From: a virus
Taxonomy: Duplodnaviria > Caudoviricetes
IMG/VR virus record: IMGVR_UViG_3300010163_000003
Span: 32,001 to 96,000 of that record
Strand: one strand, 5' to 3'
Length of the DNA: 64,000 nt
Shown in pieces: positions 56,272 to 64,000 of the stretch. Both the position numbers and the translations under genes were made by a program. Under the pieces are notes generated by a model. That model saw nothing but the letters and a program-made list of their open reading frames with translations. It did not search any database and was not told the DNA's origin. Positions within the stretch are counted from its first letter, which is position 1; each line of letters starts with the position of its first letter.

Positions 56272-58090
56272 TGCTATCGCCTCCTGTAGTAAGCTTTAAC
56301 TTGTAGTAATATACTATGGGGGTAGCATATTCAAGAGGATAATAATTTGGATCTTCATCTTCAGCAGTCTTTGCTTCCAATACCAATGGCTGAGATAAGG
56401 TAACTGGACGTTCCATATATATTTTAATCATGATTTGTTTTGGCTCTCCTACAACCATGATATGTTTACTACGCTTATTTTCTGTAGTAGAAGCAATTAA
56501 ATTATCAATAGAATTATTATTTACATAGTATTTATAAATGCCAGAATACGCTCTATGAATAGGATATATTGGATGCCATGTTACACCATAATCTAAACTA
56601 ATATAGTATTTTAGAATTTCTGGATCGTCTCCAGGGATATATTCTTTTGTTTCCAATACTACGCTAGTTATGGGTTCTTCAGTAGTATATACACAACTTA
56701 CATATTCTCCGCTTCTTGCAAACGTACAACTACGTATACTTATTTCACGTATACCTATCATATATCTATAAGCATCTATCATCTCATGAGATGCTTTTTT
56801 CTCTATTGTACTGGCAGGAGTTTGGAATAAATTATTTTTAATATAATAATCATTGGGATAAGTAGTAGAAGTAGAAGGATATTTAAGCCATTTCGTAGTG
56901 GGTTCATATTTGCATCCTAATAAAGATACAGATGGTTTATCTCCATCTACACGAGCATACATATCAGAATAATCATATTCCTGAAATATAGACATATTAC
57001 TTGTATTAGCTACAGTGTAATAGAAATGACCTACCTTAGTTAAATATTTAGAAGGCTGTAAAAAAGTAATTTCTATACGTTGTACTTTTTGAGGAGGAAA
57101 TGGAAATACTAACGTACCATCAAATGCTATATTGGTAGCTACTTGATAGGCTACATTAGAAGCAGCGATAACTTCACATTTTTCAATGATAGCTGGTTTA
57201 ACACCTTTAATATCTGATAAGTAAGGATTAAGAGTTACCCAAGAACATACTTTTTCTTTAGTAAGCTTGACCACAAGTTTTAATCTTAAGGGGTCATTGT
57301 TATTAATCCAGCTTATTCCCTCATCATATTCAAATCCAAAAGAATTACAGTCGATTCTAATTTGATCTGTAATAGAAAACAGCTCATATTCAAACCATGT
57401 ATCTACATTTTCATCAGCTAGCTCAGTTAGCTTCATATGTAAACCGTTTTGTCCAACAAAATGTAATTCATTGTTCAAAGTATCTACGCAATGAGTATTG
57501 CCAGGAAATCCATTACTAACTGTTTCATCTATTTCAATATATTTAATAGGAGAATTAGCTATAGTCTCATGACGTAATGTTAATATAGAATCATTGGTAT
57601 TTACATAACATGAATTACTTGCAGCGATATTACCAGTGTAATTAATATCGCTGAACATTTCTGTAAAGATAACAGTATTAGTACCTTGATTAACACTAAT
57701 GCTTTCACCTATAGCAGCTATCTTTTTAGATAGATATGCCACTTCATTAGTTAGCATAGTACGCCCAAGTTCTGCATCAATTAAGGACTGTGAGACTAAA
57801 TCCTTCAGAGTCTCACAGTCCTTAATGAGGTATTGCATGTCATTATACGATTCCGTTATCATGGCATTATACTCATCAGATATTGGAGTACTCACTGCTG
57901 GCCTATATTTAAACGTAGGCTTAGTCAGTGAATCATAAAACTCTGATAACATCTTTTTAATACGATAATAGTACTCAGTTTTTGTGCGTATTTTGCCATT
58001 GTTATAATCATATTCTATTTGGGCTAACATGGTACGAAGCTTGTTATCTATACTCTTACTTTTATCAGTATATTGTAACAAGTTTCCCAT
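56261..58090 (-). CDS. Putative virion structural protein (paralog family)
   Basis: SDEYN helix, YYISLDYGVTW, C-terminal TPIV.YYKL. Confidence 0.6.
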   Translation of the reverse strand: MGNLLQYTDKSKSIDNKLRTMLAQIEYDYNNGKIRTKTEYYYRIKKMLSEFYDSLTKPTFKYRPAVSTPISDEYNAMITESYNDMQYLIKDCETLKDLVSQSLIDAELGRTMLTNEVAYLSKKIAAIGESISVNQGTNTVIFTEMFSDINYTGNIAASNSCYVNTNDSILTLRHETIANSPIKYIEIDETVSNGFPGNTHCVDTLNNELHFVGQNGLHMKLTELADENVDTWFEYELFSITDQIRIDCNSFGFEYDEGISWINNNDPLRLKLVVKLTKEKVCSWVTLNPYLSDIKGVKPAIIEKCEVIAASNVAYQVATNIAFDGTLVFPFPPQKVQRIEITFLQPSKYLTKVGHFYYTVANTSNMSIFQEYDYSDMYARVDGDKPSVSLLGCKYEPTTKWLKYPSTSTTYPNDYYIKNNLFQTPASTIEKKASHEMIDAYRYMIGIREISIRSCTFARSGEYVSCVYTTEEPITSVVLETKEYIPGDDPEILKYYISLDYGVTWHPIYPIHRAYSGIYKYYVNNNSIDNLIASTTENKRSKHIMVVGEPKQIMIKIYMERPVTLSQPLVLEAKTAEDEDPNYYPLEYATPIVYYYKLKLTTGGDSIEY

Positions 58091-58104
58091 AACAATCCTC
58101 CATG

Positions 58105-58392
58105 TTAATTTAGAGCCTTAATGATTTCGTTACGTAATGTAAATATCTCTGATTCAGGATACATTTGCCGACACATTAAAGACATTGTGATATTACCTGA
58201 GAAATTAAAGTCAGCCATATCGTAGACAGCATCGCCTACATCTTGAGGGTCATTAGATTCTGTCTCACCGTCCATAACTGATTTAGCACATCTCTTTAAA
58301 GAGTCACGGCAATAATTATCAAGATATTCTGAAGTAAGATTATCTATTACTTCATTGACGGCTTTAACCTGTTCATCAGTATATGTTTTCAT
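58105..58392 (-). CDS. Small acidic protein (YTDEQ family)
   Basis: MKTYTDEQV start. Confidence 0.65.
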   Translation of the reverse strand: MKTYTDEQVKAVNEVIDNLTSEYLDNYCRDSLKRCAKSVMDGETESNDPQDVGDAVYDMADFNFSGNITMSLMCRQMYPESEIFTLRNEIIKALN

Positions 58393-58401
58393 TATGATTC
58401 A

Positions 58402-58728
58402 TCACCTATTATATACGCATATTGGTGTACCGGTATGTAATTCATTATGAAGAGCATCACATAAAAGATCAAGAACTGCATTAGGTATAGTATTAGGGCA
58501 CCCACCCATTTTATATTCCTTAACGCACATATCATTTTTAATATAATCTCGTAATGTATCTTCTATGAAATCACAATGTTTATTTGCTTGCATTTGTTCA
58601 TGGGTCATATCTTTTAATACTGTACGATATTCTTCATCCATAAATTCTGTAGTATACTTGTCGATTATTTCGGCTGCACGTACTACCTGTTGCTCTGTGT
58701 AGAGCATTTTAGGTTCTGTAAAAGCCAT
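58402..58728 (-). CDS. Small protein (YTEQQ family)
   Basis: Start MAFTEPK after aaaggag; LYTEQQV motif. Confidence 0.65.
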   Translation of the reverse strand: MAFTEPKMLYTEQQVVRAAEIIDKYTTEFMDEEYRTVLKDMTHEQMQANKHCDFIEDTLRDYIKNDMCVKEYKMGGCPNTIPNAVLDLLCDALHNELHTGTPICVYNR

Positions 58729-58741
58729 TATAAAAACTCCT

Positions 58742-59065
58742 TTAATCGGTTGACGGAACTGGTTCCTCTTCTGGTGTACCTTCTTCAAGAGCGTCAATAC
58801 GTTTCTTTACTTCTCCTGCCATATACATAGCAACGTTGTGCATAGTATCACCAGTACCAACAAGTCCATAGCCAGTCTGACGCAATGGCAAATCAATGAT
58901 AGAATCATAAGCGTCATTGGCAATCTCTTGAGACGACTTGCCAGCCTTCATACCAGCAATAATAGCGGCGGATGGGAACGTACAATTTTGTACGTCAGTA
59001 AAATGTCCCATCACTTCGTAACCAGCATCACATACTTGCTGGATTTGTTCATCTGTATATGCCAT
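58742..59065 (-). CDS. Small acidic protein (YTDEQ family)
   Basis: MAYTDEQI start, RBS ggaggag. Confidence 0.65.
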   Translation of the reverse strand: MAYTDEQIQQVCDAGYEVMGHFTDVQNCTFPSAAIIAGMKAGKSSQEIANDAYDSIIDLPLRQTGYGLVGTGDTMHNVAMYMAGEVKKRIDALEEGTPEEEPVPSTD

Positions 59066-59361
59066 TAATCAATACTCTCCTCTTCCGTATTTAATCCATC
59101 AATAACTTTCCGTACTTCAGCCATGCCATAACGTACTTGGTTATTAGTAAGTGCTTTAGTGTTTACAGTTTGAAGAGGAACAAATTCCTTATCAAACTTA
59201 TCTAAGTAACGAATCATTTCGTCACAAGTTTCAGGCGTTGGATCTTTACAAATTTCATTAGCTGCATGAGTAATTTCCTGAACTGGAATATATCCATGGC
59301 AATACTCATAAAGAGCATCGTGAATCTTTTGCTTATTTTCATCGGATAATGTAGCCATCAT
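59065..59361 (-). CDS. Small acidic protein
   Basis: MATLSDENKQKI; RBS aaggaggt. Confidence 0.65.
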   Translation of the reverse strand: MMATLSDENKQKIHDALYEYCHGYIPVQEITHAANEICKDPTPETCDEMIRYLDKFDKEFVPLQTVNTKALTNNQVRYGMAEVRKVIDGLNTEEESID

Positions 59362-59370
59362 ATAACCTCC

Positions 59371-61665
59371 TTAAATAGTTGTAAACATTAACTTATAGCT
59401 TTTAAGTACAGGAGTAATCCATGTGTCACGTTTAGTATTTCTACGTAATATAGCTTTAAGTCTCATGCTACAATCAAAGCTAGGATAGTTTATTTCTATT
59501 TTTTGATGAGAACTAATAGGTTGATTAAAATATACATAACCACCATTGGTATAATATTGTACTATGTTACTATCTGAATTGAAATTTTTATAGCTATCAG
59601 CAGGACACTGTTTATTGGTTACGCATTGTATAACACTATTAGAAAGGCTAGTTTGATTATAAGTTTTATTTGTGTCCATGTCAATAATTTTCACGAAACT
59701 CGTTGTAGAATCTGGATTTATCTTACTATAATAAGGATAGCCAGATAATTTATAGCAAGCAGTACCATTACCCATAATCTCATCGAAAGAATTAGATGGT
59801 TCTGGTTCCCCTGTCACATCTATTAATGTAAGTTCTTTAGAAATATCAGCGGGGGTATAAGACACAGTGTACATAGCAAAATGATCTATATTAGATATTT
59901 CTATTGCAATTACATCAGATTCTGGGTCATCTGGATTTTCCCTACGTATTCTATAATCTGCTTCTTCTACCAGTGTTATATCATTCATAGTAACAACAGG
60001 ACGTTCCATTTCTATAGTAGGAGTACTAGTACCATCTGCTTCTAGTTTATTGATTACTACATTTCTACATACAGCAGGATGTCTTAAGTAGCATACATCA
60101 TAATCAAGTTGCAACAATTCATTATGTACGTAAGATTTATTAATAGGGCATATAGGTTTCCAATCCTGATACGATGGATTATCCTTAGTAGATACATAGA
60201 ATTCTATATCGGTTACTATTTGTCCATTAGAATCATAAAAATGTTCTTCCTCTGTTTCTAACCTAATGGTATCTATAGGGCCATTACAATCTATCTTTTG
60301 AGATACCCATATACCTGCACGTTGAAATTCTACAAAGTTAGGAGCTATATTATAAAATCCATACGTATATTGATATTTAGTTACTGGAAGCACTTTATCT
60401 CTATTGTTAATAAGTAAATCATTAATGTCAATATTATCATTGGAGACAAGTTTATTGTTAATATATTTCCATACTGCATCATCAGCGGCTCTATCTAAAT
60501 ACAGTGGCTTGAATACCGCTGTATTGGGCATATTAGCATCTGAACCATCATTATATGTAGCATTAAACCATAATTCATTTTTAAACATTTGATTGCATGA
60601 CATGAGATAGGTGCTTTTAATGCAATGTAATTGATTGATTAATATATATAAACGTTTACAGCTTATAGTTGGGAAATGAAATGTATGTTCTTGCTTTACG
60701 CTTGTTTCGTTAAGCCAGCTATAGCTTTCGTTATCAGGATATACAATACTATATATCTCGTCATCTTCATCATCACTTAAAGAATACCTTATGGCAATAA
60801 TATCAATAGGGAAATTGCCATATGGTCTTAGAGTGATTTCATTTATCTTTGCAAGAGCTTCAAATACAAGACATATTTCGCACATAGCGCCGCGAGGTAA
60901 ATCATAATAAGAGCGGTTAAGTTTACCTAAGCCAGTGGCATCATCATATTCTAACCCTTTTATCTTTAATTCAGAGTCAGCCAATATAGTCTCAGACCAA
61001 TATGTGCTCATGGATGTATCAATGGCGTTTTCTAACTTGGTCTCAGAATTTTTTGCTTTAATAAATCCTGCTCCATATTGTTTAGTTAAAATTATTTCAC
61101 CAAGTTGAACCCCTGATTTATATACCATAACATTTTGTTGTCTAGTATACCCAAGAGTAATATTCTCTTGTTCAGAGTTAAAATGTGCATAAGTATCAAG
61201 AGGCATTTTTTCTCCATAGCGTTCTGTATAATACTTAGAGTCTAACTCTTGAAAGTTAGTAGTACGGAATCCCTCTATAAAACAATATGGATTGCCTGCC
61301 GTGCCTATTACAGCTTCATATTCATCTAACTTATCGTTAAGGCCAGCTATTGTAGAAAATAAAGTATTAACAATACTTTCATTAAGCATTTGATGCTGGT
61401 TTAAAGAATCGTATAAATCATTAATATAATAAAATGTAGTAAGAATATCTATATATAATTCAAATGCGGTTTGGTTATAATCATCTGCATTAGTAATACC
61501 ACTTTGTGTTCTTACGGTAGTTATTAGATTCTTTTGATTAATACCAGATAGTAAATTTTCTTTATACCTTTCTTTTTCAGAAGAAGTCATGTAACGCATA
61601 TCAGTAAGCTCAGAAACAACTTTGGCGGTAATTTCTTCTTTAAGTTTACTCAGATGTGTTTCCAT
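59371..61665 (-). CDS. Putative virion structural protein (paralog family)
   Basis: ADDYN helix, NAID..STYW, C-terminal TPVLKSYKL; start METHL after aaggag. Confidence 0.6.
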   Translation of the reverse strand: METHLSKLKEEITAKVVSELTDMRYMTSSEKERYKENLLSGINQKNLITTVRTQSGITNADDYNQTAFELYIDILTTFYYINDLYDSLNQHQMLNESIVNTLFSTIAGLNDKLDEYEAVIGTAGNPYCFIEGFRTTNFQELDSKYYTERYGEKMPLDTYAHFNSEQENITLGYTRQQNVMVYKSGVQLGEIILTKQYGAGFIKAKNSETKLENAIDTSMSTYWSETILADSELKIKGLEYDDATGLGKLNRSYYDLPRGAMCEICLVFEALAKINEITLRPYGNFPIDIIAIRYSLSDDEDDEIYSIVYPDNESYSWLNETSVKQEHTFHFPTISCKRLYILINQLHCIKSTYLMSCNQMFKNELWFNATYNDGSDANMPNTAVFKPLYLDRAADDAVWKYINNKLVSNDNIDINDLLINNRDKVLPVTKYQYTYGFYNIAPNFVEFQRAGIWVSQKIDCNGPIDTIRLETEEEHFYDSNGQIVTDIEFYVSTKDNPSYQDWKPICPINKSYVHNELLQLDYDVCYLRHPAVCRNVVINKLEADGTSTPTIEMERPVVTMNDITLVEEADYRIRRENPDDPESDVIAIEISNIDHFAMYTVSYTPADISKELTLIDVTGEPEPSNSFDEIMGNGTACYKLSGYPYYSKINPDSTTSFVKIIDMDTNKTYNQTSLSNSVIQCVTNKQCPADSYKNFNSDSNIVQYYTNGGYVYFNQPISSHQKIEINYPSFDCSMRLKAILRRNTKRDTWITPVLKSYKLMFTTI

Positions 61666-64000
61666 CTTTCTTACTCCTTCCTCCAAATACTTGATAGTAT
61701 ATTCTTGGATTTTGATAATAATTACTTAAATATCTTGGGGTATACGTATATATATATTTTCTTTTAGTTTGATTATAACAGTCATCTACTGCCATATAAC
61801 CATCTTTATTTATATATAAAACATGGGAATTATAAAGACGTTCTGGAGGTTGGTTAGCAGCCCAATCAAAATACTCTAACTTTTTTAGATCACTTGTTAG
61901 AAAGCCACGCACTGTTTCATCAGTTTCAGGATTCCAATACATACCATAATGACCATCAATAAAATATTCTTCTCCAGGATTCATTAAACCAGATATTACA
62001 GCAAAGTCTTCGGCGCTAGTAACCGGGAATAATTGATATCTTGTTGCTAAAAAATTATTTACAATACTTATATATGTTTCTGGTATATCTGAAACAATAA
62101 TAACCTTATCTTTGTAAGTGGTACTAGCTGTAATACTATCATTAATTTTTTCTAGTATTTTTGCTTGGGCAGTTATATAACCATTTTTATTATAAAAACC
62201 TTGTACAAGTATAGGTATTCCAGAATAAGTCATATACATATATGGTATTGGAACTTCCATAGTATAAGGAAAATCTTTAAATGTAGCATCTTCTTGCCAT
62301 ACAGGTCTATCTTCATCATATCTAAAATAAAATTTAATATGTTCCACATTGCCCATGTTTGTTGCTATATCGTTTGGTAAAGTAATTTTAACTTCTGATG
62401 TACTATCTACATTAGTTACATATCCATCATTAGATTCTTCCGTTCTATTGGAGCAGAAGAATACGTCTTTAAAGTAAGAACTTTCTTGAGAATAACATGC
62501 GTATCCATAATGAGCTTCTTGATCAACAAATTCAGAAAGAGCAGAGAAATCTTCTAAATTAAAATCAAATAATGGGTTCTCAAGTGGATCTGGAATATCT
62601 ATAATCTCTTCATTAACAACACTATTCCACGTATGTGGCTGATTATATTTTAACCATATTCTAAAATTGTTTCCATTCCGTTTTACTAGAACAGTGATGC
62701 CATTGCTTAAACTATTCCATTTAACACTTGATGTAGAATGTATCATTTTACATAAAGAATTATCAACAGGTTTTATGGCATAATATTTTACATTATTAGT
62801 TGTTCCATCTATATTACTGTTTGTATAATTCTTTCTTATATATGCAACGCATCCATTCATGAAATATGTAGAATTTCCAAGATGCTGTCCACCTAAAATA
62901 CACACTAAAGATATTCTATCATGTGTAACATCATTATACATTAATTCAACGCCTATAGCATCATCATCTTCGCTATTAGAAAACAATGTTACTCTATGTG
63001 TATAATTTTTATATGTACCTTTACTTAAAAAAGCGTCCCAATAATACTCATTGTTCATTGTACACATAAAAGATTTTAATGAGTCATCCCATATCCAGTT
63101 ATTATTATTTGGATCTCCATAATGAATACCTTCATCAAAGATCTTCTTTAAGGTTTCTGCATCTCCATCTTGTATTATGTCTGTTGTTACATCTTCTTTT
63201 ACTCTAACAAAATTGATATTACCATTTGGAAGAGGGATTTCATCCTCATATATTAAATAAATATTATTTTTAGCTTTATCTTCATAAAATATAAGTTCTT
63301 CTTCTGTCAATAAATTATTTATATATTGTCTTAATTTAGCAAGTTCTTCATCTGTATACTTAATGGCTTCTTCATACCAGATACAAAGATGTTTTTGTAA
63401 TTCTTCAAGTTCTTGCACATATTTCATTATAATATCTAAAATATTTATTAATGGAGCAATAGCTAAATTATATCTCATAATTAAACTTTGTTCTAATCCA
63501 TTTAAATATTCTATATATGTCTTTAATGATTGTTCTAAATATTCTAATTGAATTAAATCTATTTGCACTTTACTTCCGGTATATACTAACATATCTAAGA
63601 CATCTTTGTTGGGATGATAGTGCTTCCCAGAAGATATTGAAAGATTGTTTAGCTTATCCTCTAATCCATCTATGTTCCCAATTGTATGTATATGCTCTAA
63701 AGGGGTTCTACTGTCAAAAAGCCTAGAGTCATTCCCTTGGCAAATAGTATCAGCTTGATTACCAAAATCTTTATTAAAAGCTGTATTTTTGTCGAAAGCT
63801 ACTTCTCCATTAAAATCTTGTACTGTTAAAGTAATATGACCAGTCTTTCTATTTATATGGAATACTCCGCCACTATCTTTTAATATATCTCTTTTTACTC
63901 TAGTTAAAGATTCTACGATAATAGCCTCTATATTGTTAGTATTTTCACTGATTTCTATTGTGAAATATCTATTGATAATTCTAAGTAAATACTTCTCTAT
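61646..64000 (-). CDS. Tail-fibre-like protein, 5' end outside the window
   Basis: Frame stays open from 64000 (IEKYLLRII...AFNKDFGNQADTICQGNDSRL.D.R.P..H.H.I..IDGL), a tail-fibre-type motif; lectin-like SEDDDAIGV domain. Confidence 0.7.
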   Translation of the reverse strand: MEKYLLRIINRYFTIEISENTNNIEAIIVESLTRVKRDILKDSGGVFHINRKTGHITLTVQDFNGEVAFDKNTAFNKDFGNQADTICQGNDSRLFDSRTPLEHIHTIGNIDGLEDKLNNLSISSGKHYHPNKDVLDMLVYTGSKVQIDLIQLEYLEQSLKTYIEYLNGLEQSLIMRYNLAIAPLINILDIIMKYVQELEELQKHLCIWYEEAIKYTDEELAKLRQYINNLLTEEELIFYEDKAKNNIYLIYEDEIPLPNGNINFVRVKEDVTTDIIQDGDAETLKKIFDEGIHYGDPNNNNWIWDDSLKSFMCTMNNEYYWDAFLSKGTYKNYTHRVTLFSNSEDDDAIGVELMYNDVTHDRISLVCILGGQHLGNSTYFMNGCVAYIRKNYTNSNIDGTTNNVKYYAIKPVDNSLCKMIHSTSSVKWNSLSNGITVLVKRNGNNFRIWLKYNQPHTWNSVVNEEIIDIPDPLENPLFDFNLEDFSALSEFVDQEAHYGYACYSQESSYFKDVFFCSNRTEESNDGYVTNVDSTSEVKITLPNDIATNMGNVEHIKFYFRYDEDRPVWQEDATFKDFPYTMEVPIPYMYMTYSGIPILVQGFYNKNGYITAQAKILEKINDSITASTTYKDKVIIVSDIPETYISIVNNFLATRYQLFPVTSAEDFAVISGLMNPGEEYFIDGHYGMYWNPETDETVRGFLTSDLKKLEYFDWAANQPPERLYNSHVLYINKDGYMAVDDCYNQTKRKYIYTYTPRYLSNYYQNPRIYYQVFGGRSKKDGNTSE

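Noticed and set aside
1-64000. CRISPR array, tRNA/rRNA genes, reverse transcriptase/DGR, integrase or transposase
   Set aside because: No spaced direct repeats, cloverleafs or diagnostic motifs seen by eye; the Cas4-like gene has no cas neighbours

Overview
This window is an AT-rich, gene-dense segment of a large (jumbo-type) bacteriophage or phage-plasmid genome. The host is probably an anaerobic Firmicute/Clostridia, judging by spoVG, sigmaA-type promoters, a class III RNR and a ferredoxin-thioredoxin-reductase-like gene. Two arms converge on a perfect 42-bp palindrome at 37311-37352. The + arm (1-37.3 kb) carries a MoxR AAA+/vWA cluster, GroES, a radical SAM protein and a bacterial-type replication/repair set: beta clamp, DnaE, SSB, RecA, UvrD/PcrA, a fused-and-split SbcCD, DnaG, DnaX and ThyX. 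The - arm carries virion/tail genes, a Rad52-like annealase, an AEP primase, dUTPase, DnaB, NrdH-NrdD-NrdG-FTR, RuvC, a sigma factor and a holin. Main results: (1) dnaE is split by two group I introns around a 39-nt micro-exon in the active site, and uvrD by a third; each intron carries a LAGLIDADG endonuclease with its own promoter. (2) dnaE intron 2 contains a 22/25-nt copy of the spliced exon junction (the expected homing site) directly over the endonuclease promoter, a candidate autorepression operator. (3) A free-standing endonuclease sits at the end of nrdD between a recoded 3' end and an orphaned copy of that end. (4) Mre11 is fused to half of Rad50, which is split at the zinc hook. (5) A 20-bp motif is shared by two repair-operon promoters. 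(6) SSB-tail-like C-termini occur on non-SSB proteins, and there is a candidate sRNA. All family assignments come from motif recognition by eye; no database searches were run.
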